Below are positions 55,861-64,000 of a stretch of 64,000 nt of DNA, piece by piece. Position 1 is the stretch's first letter; each line of letters starts with the position of its first letter. The notes beneath the pieces were generated by a model that saw only the letters and a list, made by a program, of their open reading frames with translations, was not told where the DNA came from and did no database searches. The DNA is from a phage: the sequence record PZ179883.1; one strand, given 5' to 3'. Both the position numbers and the translations under genes were made by a program.

Positions 55861-58800
55861 ATGGCCGAGATTAAAAGAAAGTTCAGAGCAGAAGATGGTC
55901 TGGACGCAGGTGGCGATAAAATAATCAACGTAGCTTTAGCTGATCGTACCGTAGGAACTGACGGTGTTAACGTTGATTACTTAATTCAAGAAAACACAGT
56001 TCAGCAATATGATCCAACTCGTGGATATTTAAAAGATTTTGTAATCATTTATAATAATCGTTTTTGGGCAGCAACGGATAATATTCCAAAACCTGCTGGA
56101 AATTTTAATAGAATTCGTTGGAAAGCATTACGTACTGATGCCGTATATACAACTGTATCATCTGGACCATATCAATTAAAATCCGGAGAAGCAATTTCAG
56201 TAGATACATCAGTTGGCAATGACATTGAGTTTACTTTACCACCTTCTCCGCTTGATGGAGAAACCGTAATAATTCAAGATATCGGTGGAAAACCTGGCAT
56301 AAATCAGGTTAAAATAAATTCTTCAAATCAGAGTATTGTCAATTTTAGAGGTGAACAGGTACGTTCAGTTTTAATGACTCATCCAAAGTCACAGATGGTA
56401 TTCATTTTTAATAATCGTTTGTGGCAAATGTATATTGCTGATTATAGCAGAGAAGCTGCGATTGTTACTCCATCGACTGCATATCAAGCACAATCTAATG
56501 ATTTTATCGTGCGTAGATTTACTTCCGCTGCGCCGATTAATATTAAACTTCCGAGATTTGCTAATCATGGCGATATTATTAATTTCGTTGATTTAGATAA
56601 ATTAAATCCACTTTATCATACAATTGTCACGACATATGATGAAACAACTTCAGTACAAGAAGTTGGAACTCATTCTATTGAAGGCCGTACATCGATTGAC
56701 GGTTTCTTGATGTTTGACGATAATGAGAAATTGTGGAGATTGTTTGACGGGGATAGTAAAGCACGTTTACGCATTATAACAACTAATTCAAATATTCGTC
56801 CAAATGAAGAAGTCATGGTATTTGGCGCGAATAATGGAACAACCCAAACAATTGAACTTCAGCTTCCGACTGATATTTCTGTTGGTGATACTGTTAAAAT
56901 TTCCATGAATTACATGAGAAAAGGACAAACAGTTAAAATCAAAGCTGCTGGTGAAGATAAAATTGCTTCTTCAGTTCAATTGCTGCAATTCCCAAAACGC
57001 TCAGAATATCCACCTGAAGCTGAATGGGTGACTGTCCAAGAATTAGTTTTCAATGGTGAAACTAATTATGTTCCGGTTTTACAACTTGCTTATATAGAAG
57101 ATTCTGACGGAAAATACTGGGTTGTACAACAAAACGTTCCAACGGTTGAAAGAGTCGATTCTTTAAATAATTCTACTAGAGCAAGATTAGGCGTAATAGC
57201 TTTAGCTACACAAGCTCAAGCTAACGTCGATTTAGAAAATTCTCCGCAAAAAGAATTAGCAATTACACCAGAAACATTAGCTAACCGTACTGCTACAGAA
57301 ACTCGTAGAGGTATCGCAAGAATAGCAACTACTGCTCAAGTGAATCAGAACACCACATTCTCTTTTGCTGATGACCTTATCATCACTCCTAAAAAGCTGA
57401 ATGAAAGAACTGCTACAGAAACTCGTAGAGGTGTAGCTGAAATTGCTACGCAGCAGGAAACTAATACAGGTACTGATGATACTACAATCATCACTCCTAA
57501 AAAGCTTCAAGCTCGTCAAGGTTCTGAATCATTATCTGGTATTGTAACCTTTGTATCTACTGCAGGAGCTACTCCAGCTTCTAGTCGTGAATTAAATGGT
57601 ACAAATGTTTATAATAAAAACACTAATAATTTAGTTGTTTCGCCTAAAGCTTTGGATCAGTATAAAGCTACTCCAACGCAACAAGGTGCAGTAATTTTAG
57701 CAGTTGAAAGTGAAGTAATTGCTGGACAAAGCCAAGAAGGATGGGCAAATGCGGTTGTAACGCCAGAAACGTTACATAAAAAGACATCAACTGATGGAAG
57801 AATTGGTTTAATTGAAATTGCTACGCAAAGCGAAGTTAATACAGGAACTGATTATACTCGTGCAGTCACTCCTAAAACTTTAAATGGCCGTAAAGCAACT
57901 GAAAGTTTAACTGGTATAGCTGAAATTGCTACGCAAGTTGAATTCGACGCAGGCGTCGACGATACTCGTATCTCTACACCATTAAAAATTAAAACCAGAT
58001 TTAATAGTACTGATCGTACTTCTGTTGTTGCTCTATCTGGATTAGTTGAATCAGGAACTCTCTGGGACCATTATACCCTTAATATTCTTGAAGCAAATGA
58101 GACACAGCGTGGTACACTTCGTGTAGCTACACAAGTTGAAGCTGCTGCAGGAACATTGGATAATGTTCTAATAACTCCTAAAAAGCTTTTAGGTACTAAA
58201 TCTACTGAAGCGCAGGAAGGTGTTATTAAAGTTGCAACTCGGTCTGAAACTGTAGCTGGAACGTCAGCAAATACTGCTGTATCTCCAAAAAATTTAAAAT
58301 GGATTGTGCAGAGTGAACCTACTTGGGCAGCTACTACTGCGATAAGAGGTTTTGTTAAAACCTCATCTGGTTCAATTACGTTCGTTGGTAATGATACAGC
58401 GGGTTCTACGCAGGACTTAGAACTATATGAGAAAAATAACTATGCAGTATCACCATATGAATTAAACCGCGTATTAGCAAATTATTTGCCGTTAAAAGCA
58501 AAAGCTGTAGATAGTAATTTATTAGATGGTTTAGATTCACTCCAGTTCATTCGTAGGGATATTGCGCAGACGGTTAATGGTTCACTAACCTTAACACAGC
58601 AAACAAATCTGAGTGCCCCTCTTGTATCATCTAGTACTGCTACATTTGGTGGATCAGTTTCAGCAAATAGTACATTAACTATTTCTAATACTGGAACGGC
58701 AACTCGTCTGATTTTTGAGAAAGGACCTCAAACTGGAACAAACCCGGCTCAAACGATGACAGTCAGAGTGTGGGGAAATCAATTTAGTGGGGAGTCAGAC

Positions 58801-59730
58801 ACAACACGTTCTACTGTATTTGAAGTTAGTGATGAAACTTCTAGTCATTTTTATTCTCAGCGTAATAAAGCTGGTAATATAACATTTAATATCAACGGTA
58901 CAGTAACACCGATAAATGTGAATGCTTCAGGAACATTGAATGCGAATGGCGTTGCAACATTTGGTAATTCAGTCACTGCAACTGGTGAAATTATTTCTCG
59001 AAGCGCAAATGCTTTCCGTGCTATTAATGGAAATTACGGTTTCATTATTCGTAATGACGGGTCAGTAACGAATTTTATGCTTACTGCATCAGGCAATCAA
59101 ACTGGTGGATTTAATGGATTGCGTCCATTGTCCATTAATAATCAATCTGGGCAGGTCACAATTGGTGAAAGCTTGATCATTGCTAAAGGTGCTACTATAA
59201 ATTCAGGTGGTTTAACTGTTAACTCGAGAATTCGTTCTCAAGGTGTTAAAACATCTGATTTATATACCCGCGCTCCGACATCTGATACCGTAGGATTCTG
59301 GTCAATCGATATTAATGATTCAGCCACTTATAACCAGTTCCCGGGTTATTTTAAAATGGTTGAAAAAACTAATGAAGTTACTGGACTTCCATACTTAGAA
59401 CGTGGCGAAGAAGTTAAATCTCCTGGTACATTGACTCAGTTTGGTAACACACTTGATTCACTTTACCAAGATTGGATTACTTATCCAACGACTCCAGAAG
59501 CACGTACCACTCGCTGGACACGTACATGGCAAAAAACTAAAAACTCTTGGTCAAGTTTTGTTCAGGTATTTGACGGAGGTAACCCTCCTCAACCTTCAGA
59601 TATAGGAGCGATCCCATCTGATAATGGAATAATAGGTAATCTTACTATTCGTGATTTCTTACGAATTGGTAATGTTCGCATTATTCCTGACCCAGTGAAT
59701 AAAACTGTTAAATTTGAATGGGTTGAATAA
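55861..59730 (+). CDS. 34: long tail fibre proximal subunit
   Basis: 1289 aa, matches T4 gp34. Confidence 0.97.
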   Translation: MAEIKRKFRAEDGLDAGGDKIINVALADRTVGTDGVNVDYLIQENTVQQYDPTRGYLKDFVIIYNNRFWAATDNIPKPAGNFNRIRWKALRTDAVYTTVSSGPYQLKSGEAISVDTSVGNDIEFTLPPSPLDGETVIIQDIGGKPGINQVKINSSNQSIVNFRGEQVRSVLMTHPKSQMVFIFNNRLWQMYIADYSREAAIVTPSTAYQAQSNDFIVRRFTSAAPINIKLPRFANHGDIINFVDLDKLNPLYHTIVTTYDETTSVQEVGTHSIEGRTSIDGFLMFDDNEKLWRLFDGDSKARLRIITTNSNIRPNEEVMVFGANNGTTQTIELQLPTDISVGDTVKISMNYMRKGQTVKIKAAGEDKIASSVQLLQFPKRSEYPPEAEWVTVQELVFNGETNYVPVLQLAYIEDSDGKYWVVQQNVPTVERVDSLNNSTRARLGVIALATQAQANVDLENSPQKELAITPETLANRTATETRRGIARIATTAQVNQNTTFSFADDLIITPKKLNERTATETRRGVAEIATQQETNTGTDDTTIITPKKLQARQGSESLSGIVTFVSTAGATPASSRELNGTNVYNKNTNNLVVSPKALDQYKATPTQQGAVILAVESEVIAGQSQEGWANAVVTPETLHKKTSTDGRIGLIEIATQSEVNTGTDYTRAVTPKTLNGRKATESLTGIAEIATQVEFDAGVDDTRISTPLKIKTRFNSTDRTSVVALSGLVESGTLWDHYTLNILEANETQRGTLRVATQVEAAAGTLDNVLITPKKLLGTKSTEAQEGVIKVATRSETVAGTSANTAVSPKNLKWIVQSEPTWAATTAIRGFVKTSSGSITFVGNDTAGSTQDLELYEKNNYAVSPYELNRVLANYLPLKAKAVDSNLLDGLDSLQFIRRDIAQTVNGSLTLTQQTNLSAPLVSSSTATFGGSVSANSTLTISNTGTATRLIFEKGPQTGTNPAQTMTVRVWGNQFSGESDTTRSTVFEVSDETSSHFYSQRNKAGNITFNINGTVTPINVNASGTLNANGVATFGNSVTATGEIISRSANAFRAINGNYGFIIRNDGSVTNFMLTASGNQTGGFNGLRPLSINNQSGQVTIGESLIIAKGATINSGGLTVNSRIRSQGVKTSDLYTRAPTSDTVGFWSIDINDSATYNQFPGYFKMVEKTNEVTGLPYLERGEEVKSPGTLTQFGNTLDSLYQDWITYPTTPEARTTRWTRTWQKTKNSWSSFVQVFDGGNPPQPSDIGAIPSDNGIIGNLTIRDFLRIGNVRIIPDPVNKTVKFEWVE

Positions 59731-59738
59731 GAGGTATT

Positions 59739-60854
59739 ATGGAAAAATTTATGGCAGAGTTTGGACAAGGATATGTCCAAACGCCATTTTTATCGGAAAG
59801 CAATTCAGTAAGATATAAAATAAGCATAGCGGGCTCTTGCCCGCTTTCTACTGCAGGGCCATATGTTAAATTTCAGGATAATCCCGTTGGAAATCAAACA
59901 TTTAGTGCAGGTCTTCATTTAAGAGTTTTTGACCCTTCTACGGGAGCATTAGTTGATAGTAAGTCATATGCTTTTTCTGCTTCAAACAATACAACATCTG
60001 CCGCTTTTGTCAGTTTTATGAATTCTTTGTCAAACAATAGACTTGTTGCTATATTAACTAGCGGAAAGGTTAATTTTCCTCCTGAAGTGGTATCTTGGTT
60101 AAGGGGAGCAGGAACTTCAGTTTTTCCATCAGATTCAGTATTGTCAAGATTTGACGTATCATATGCTGCTTTTTATACTTCTTCTAAAAGAGCTATTGCA
60201 TTAGAGCATGTTAAACTAAGTAATAGAAAAAGCACAGATGATTATCAAACTATTTTAGATGTTGTATTTGATAGTTTAGAAGACGTCGGAGCTACGGGAT
60301 TTCCTAAAAGAACATATGAAAGTGTCGAGCAATTTATGTCAGCGGTTGGTGGAACTAATAACGAAATTGCGCGATTGCCAACTTCAGCTGCTATAAGTAA
60401 ACTTTCTGACTATAATTTAATTCCTGGTGATGTTCTTTATCTTAAAGCACAGTTATATGCTGATGCTGATTTACTTGATCTTGGAACTACAAACATATCC
60501 ATTCGTTTTTATGATGCATCAAATGGATATATTTCCTCTACCCAAGCTGAGTTTACTGGGCAAGCTGGGTCTTGGGAATTAAAGGAAGATTATGTAGTTG
60601 TTCCTGAAAATGCAGTCGGATTTACTATATATGCGCAGAGAACTGCTCAAGCTGGTCAAGGCGGAATGAGGAATTTAAGCTTTTCTGAAGTATCAAGAAA
60701 TGGCGGCATTTCAAAACCTGCCGAATTTGGCGTCAATGGTATTCGTGTTAATTATGTCTGTGAATCGGCTTCACCTCCAGATATAATGGTACTTCCTACA
60801 CAAGCCTCTTCTAAAACTGGCAAAGTGTTTGGGCAAGAATTTAGAGAAGTTTAA
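59739..60854 (+). CDS. 35: long tail fibre hinge connector
   Basis: 371 aa, matches T4 gp35. Confidence 0.95.
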   Translation: MEKFMAEFGQGYVQTPFLSESNSVRYKISIAGSCPLSTAGPYVKFQDNPVGNQTFSAGLHLRVFDPSTGALVDSKSYAFSASNNTTSAAFVSFMNSLSNNRLVAILTSGKVNFPPEVVSWLRGAGTSVFPSDSVLSRFDVSYAAFYTSSKRAIALEHVKLSNRKSTDDYQTILDVVFDSLEDVGATGFPKRTYESVEQFMSAVGGTNNEIARLPTSAAISKLSDYNLIPGDVLYLKAQLYADADLLDLGTTNISIRFYDASNGYISSTQAEFTGQAGSWELKEDYVVVPENAVGFTIYAQRTAQAGQGGMRNLSFSEVSRNGGISKPAEFGVNGIRVNYVCESASPPDIMVLPTQASSKTGKVFGQEFREV

Positions 60855-60860
60855 ACTGAG

Positions 60861-60883
60861 GGAGCCTTCGGGTTCCCTTTTTC
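60861..60883 (+). terminator. rho-independent terminator after gene 35
   Basis: GGGAGCC-UUCG-GGUUCCC hairpin followed by TTTTT. Confidence 0.8.
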
Positions 60884-60885
60884 TT

Positions 60886-60893
60886 TATAAATA
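60886..60893 (+). promoter_or_regulatory. late promoter TATAAATA upstream of gene 36
   Basis: Exact TATAAATA 23 nt upstream of ATG. Confidence 0.7.
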
Positions 60894-60916
60894 ATATTAA
60901 AATAAAGGGGCATATA

Positions 60917-61567
60917 ATGGCTGATTTAAAAGTAGGTTCAACTGTGGGTGGATCTGTCATTTGGCATCAAGGAAATTTTCCATTGAATTCAGCCGGTGAC
61001 GATGTACTCTACAAATCATTTAAAATATATTCAGAATATAATAAACCGCAGGCAGCTGATAACGATTTCGTTTCTAAAGCTAATGGTGGTACTTACACCG
61101 GTCCAATTACTATTAATTACGGGGTAAATAGTTATCTTCAATTAAGTAATAATGAAACCCCTATCCGAATTCGTTCTGGTGGCGGCACCGGTAATACTCT
61201 TGTAATTGGTGGATCTTCTGGTGGTATTAGTTTTAGACCTGCAGGTAGTGAAATCACTACTGGACAAATTACTATTACGCCAGAAGGTTTGACAACATTC
61301 ACCAAAGCTGTAAAGGCTCCATCTGTAACTGTTACATCTAATCCTTCCGCAGCATCAGATGCTACTCGTAAAGATTATGTTGATGGAGCAATAAATACTG
61401 TTACAGCAAATGCAAACTCTAGAGTGTTACGATCTGGTGACACCATGACAGGAAATTTAACTGCGCCAAACCTTTTTTCACAGAATCCTGCATCTCAACC
61501 TTCACACGTTCCACGATTTGACCAAATCGTAATTAAGGATTCTGTTCAAGATTTCGGCTATTATTAA
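60917..61567 (+). CDS. 36: long tail fibre distal connector
   Basis: 216 aa, matches T4 gp36. Confidence 0.95.
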   Translation: MADLKVGSTVGGSVIWHQGNFPLNSAGDDVLYKSFKIYSEYNKPQAADNDFVSKANGGTYTGPITINYGVNSYLQLSNNETPIRIRSGGGTGNTLVIGGSSGGISFRPAGSEITTGQITITPEGLTTFTKAVKAPSVTVTSNPSAASDATRKDYVDGAINTVTANANSRVLRSGDTMTGNLTAPNLFSQNPASQPSHVPRFDQIVIKDSVQDFGYY

Positions 61568-61575
61568 GAGGACTT

Positions 61576-64000
61576 ATGGCTACTTTAAAACAAATACAAT
61601 TTAAAAGAAGCAAAACCGCAGGTCAACTTCCTGCTGCTTCAGTATTAGCCGAAGGTGAATTGGCTATTAATTTAAAAGATAAAACAATTTTCACAAAAGA
61701 TGACTCAGGCAATGTTATAGAATTAGGTTTAAAATATGGAGGAACAATTGATGGTTCTTTAACTGTTAATGGAAATATAATTGGAAATTTAACAGGTAAC
61801 GCTGCAACTGCAACGAAATTAAAAACAGCACGAAAAATTAATGGTATATCATTTGATGGGTCAAAAGATATCACGCTAACTCCATCTGACATAAATGTCA
61901 ATAGCACAACGTTTATAAAAAATAACGGCGAATTACCGGTTGATGCTAATTTAGATGAGTATGGGCCCATTGAAGAATATCTTGGTGTTTGGTCGAAATC
62001 TACTTCAACAAATGCGCAACCGGCAAATAAATTCCCAGAAGAAAATGCCGTAGGTGTACTAGAAGTATTTGTGGCCGGTCAATTTGCTGGTACTCAGAGA
62101 TATACTGTAAGATCTGGTAACGTATATGTTCGATCTTTGTCTGCTAAATGGAACGGTGTTAACGGTCCGTGGGGAGTTTGGCGTAATGTTCAAGCGTCAA
62201 CTCGTCCACTTTCACAAACGATTGACCTTGATAGCTTGGGAGAATTAGAACATTGTGGCTTATGGCGAAACAGTTCAAGCGCAATCGCATCATTTGATCG
62301 CCATTATCCAGAAGAAGGATCAGCCGCACAAGGATTTTTAGAAATATTTGAAGGTGGTTTATACGCGAGAACTCAGCGTTATACAACTAGATCTGGTGTT
62401 GTTTATACTCGCTGTCTTGCTGCTGCATGGGATGCTTCTGCGCCTAAATGGGGACCGTGGCAACAAGTCGGTAATGTCACACCGGCGACTTTCTATGACG
62501 GAGACCTGAATGATTTTAAAGCTCCTGGGTTATATAACATTTTAGGCACTGACGCAGTTACTAACCGTCCAGTTGCAGAAGGCGTTCCGGTTGAGATGAC
62601 CGGATTGCTTGAGGTTAAACAGCGTGCTTCCGGTGGCGCTATTTTCCAACGTTTCACTACCGCAGGAACGGGTGCAACTACGCGATCTCGCGTGTTTGAA
62701 CGTGCAATGACAAATAATATCTGGGGAAATTGGTACGAAGTATATACGTCCTATTCTATGCCAATTACTTTGGGTATGGGTGGTATTAAAACTCAATTAG
62801 CGGAGCTAGATTGGCAAACATTTGATTTTGTTCCTGGTAGTATGTTTAGCGTTCCTTTGAACAAAATAAAGAACATGCCAGCTAATATGGATTGGGGTAC
62901 GATTGACGGAAACTTAATTATGTTTTCTGTTGGTCCTAGCGAGCACACCAGCACAGGACGTACTGTTCAGGTTTGGCGTGGTACTGTATCCCAGACAAAC
63001 TACCGTTATTTTGTCGTTCGTGTATTCGGTAATTCAGGAAATAGAACTTGCACAGTTCGACGCGTTGTTCTTGAAGATGGTCGCCACAAATGGACAGCGC
63101 AACAAGATTTTAATGGTGCAGTTAACTTCGGTGCTCCTACCAATTTTAACTCTACTGTTAACCTTAATAACACTACCACATTTAAAACAGAAGTTAAATT
63201 CCGCTCATCTAATGCATTCCGTATGTATGGCGGAAAATTTGGTACAATTTTCCGTAATGATGGAGAGAGTCTTTATATTCTTTCTACCGACGAAGATGAC
63301 CAAGATGGAAACTTTAATACAAATAGACCTTTCCGTTATGAATTAAGAACTGGCGATGTTACTTTAGGTGGTGCTAGTGGTGCTAACGTTTTAAAATTAG
63401 AACGTAGTTCGCTTGCTGCCACCTTTGGTGGTGATGTTAACTTAAATAAAGGTACACTGACGTTTGAAGCTGGTCGCTTAAACTCCCGCGATTATTTTAA
63501 ATTTAACCATTGGGGTGATAGTAATAATGCTCGTGATAACATCATCCAGTTAGAAGATAGTCAAGGCGCCCATTTTTCCACTGAACGTACTTTAGCGACA
63601 GGTGCAATTAAAACTCGTTTCTTTGGCGAAACATTCACTGATGGTACATTATACCTAAATCAGATGAATAATAGCTCTGAACGATTCTCTATTAATAATT
63701 GGGGAAATTCAGAAGTTGGTCGCGCGGCAGTGATGGAAGTCAGTGATTCCAAAGGTTATCACTTCTATACGGAACGCAGGACAGATAACAGTTTGAATTT
63801 TGATGTTGCTGGCAATTTTACTGCGCATGGACCTTCCGGAATAACCATCAAAAACTCAACTGGTGCACGACATATCTGGTTTAGAGATGATAGCGATGCA
63901 GAAAAGGCTGCTATCTGGGCTACAGATGAGGGTATTTTACATATTCGCAATAATCATGGGGGTTCATTTAGTCATCACTTCCAGGGTGCAATGATTCTAG
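61576..64000 (+). CDS. 37: long tail fibre distal subunit, 5' part only (runs off window end)
   Basis: ATG 61576 after AAGAGGA RBS; open frame to the window end (808 codons); N-terminus [33 protein letters not shown] matches T4 gp37. Confidence 0.93.
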   Translation, partial: MATLKQIQFKRSKTAGQLPAASVLAEGELAINLKDKTIFTKDDSGNVIELGLKYGGTIDGSLTVNGNIIGNLTGNAATATKLKTARKINGISFDGSKDITLTPSDINVNSTTFIKNNGELPVDANLDEYGPIEEYLGVWSKSTSTNAQPANKFPEENAVGVLEVFVAGQFAGTQRYTVRSGNVYVRSLSAKWNGVNGPWGVWRNVQASTRPLSQTIDLDSLGELEHCGLWRNSSSAIASFDRHYPEEGSAAQGFLEIFEGGLYARTQRYTTRSGVVYTRCLAAAWDASAPKWGPWQQVGNVTPATFYDGDLNDFKAPGLYNILGTDAVTNRPVAEGVPVEMTGLLEVKQRASGGAIFQRFTTAGTGATTRSRVFERAMTNNIWGNWYEVYTSYSMPITLGMGGIKTQLAELDWQTFDFVPGSMFSVPLNKIKNMPANMDWGTIDGNLIMFSVGPSEHTSTGRTVQVWRGTVSQTNYRYFVVRVFGNSGNRTCTVRRVVLEDGRHKWTAQQDFNGAVNFGAPTNFNSTVNLNNTTTFKTEVKFRSSNAFRMYGGKFGTIFRNDGESLYILSTDEDDQDGNFNTNRPFRYELRTGDVTLGGASGANVLKLERSSLAATFGGDVNLNKGTLTFEAGRLNSRDYFKFNHWGDSNNARDNIIQLEDSQGAHFSTERTLATGAIKTRFFGETFTDGTLYLNQMNNSSERFSINNWGNSEVGRAAVMEVSDSKGYHFYTERRTDNSLNFDVAGNFTAHGPSGITIKNSTGARHIWFRDDSDAEKAAIWATDEGILHIRNNHGGSFSHHFQGAMIL

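Overview
This window reads as a contiguous block of a T4-like myovirus (Tevenvirinae) genome, running from the large terminase gene (17) to the 5' part of the distal long-tail-fibre gene (37). Gene assignments rest on recall of the phage T4 proteins and gene order, not on a database search. Plus-strand late structural modules (17-18-19-20-67-68-21-22-23-24; 51-27-28-29-48-54; 34-35-36-37) alternate with minus-strand blocks (rnlB-hoc-inh; uvsY-25-26; alt through rnh, including DNA ligase, rIII, gp31, cd, pseT, spanins, alc, rnlA, denA, nrdB, nrdA, td, frd, gp32, gp59, gp33, dsbA). The td gene is split by a 1016-nt group I intron carrying I-TevI, while nrdB is intron-less. No tRNA, rRNA or CRISPR array was recognised. 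Points worth a second look: two HNH endonuclease genes at positions that are not occupied in T4 as I recall it (after gene 18, and coupled to the uvsW stop); a Hoc protein with a tandemly duplicated Ig-like domain; two full-length Alt ADP-ribosyltransferase paralogs in tandem; two families of repeated, dyad-symmetric early-promoter cassettes, one with compensatory base changes in the stem; and a HAD-like plus NADAR-like gene pair downstream of ligase. I found no single unambiguous novel multi-gene system; the candidates are listed with the checks that would settle them.
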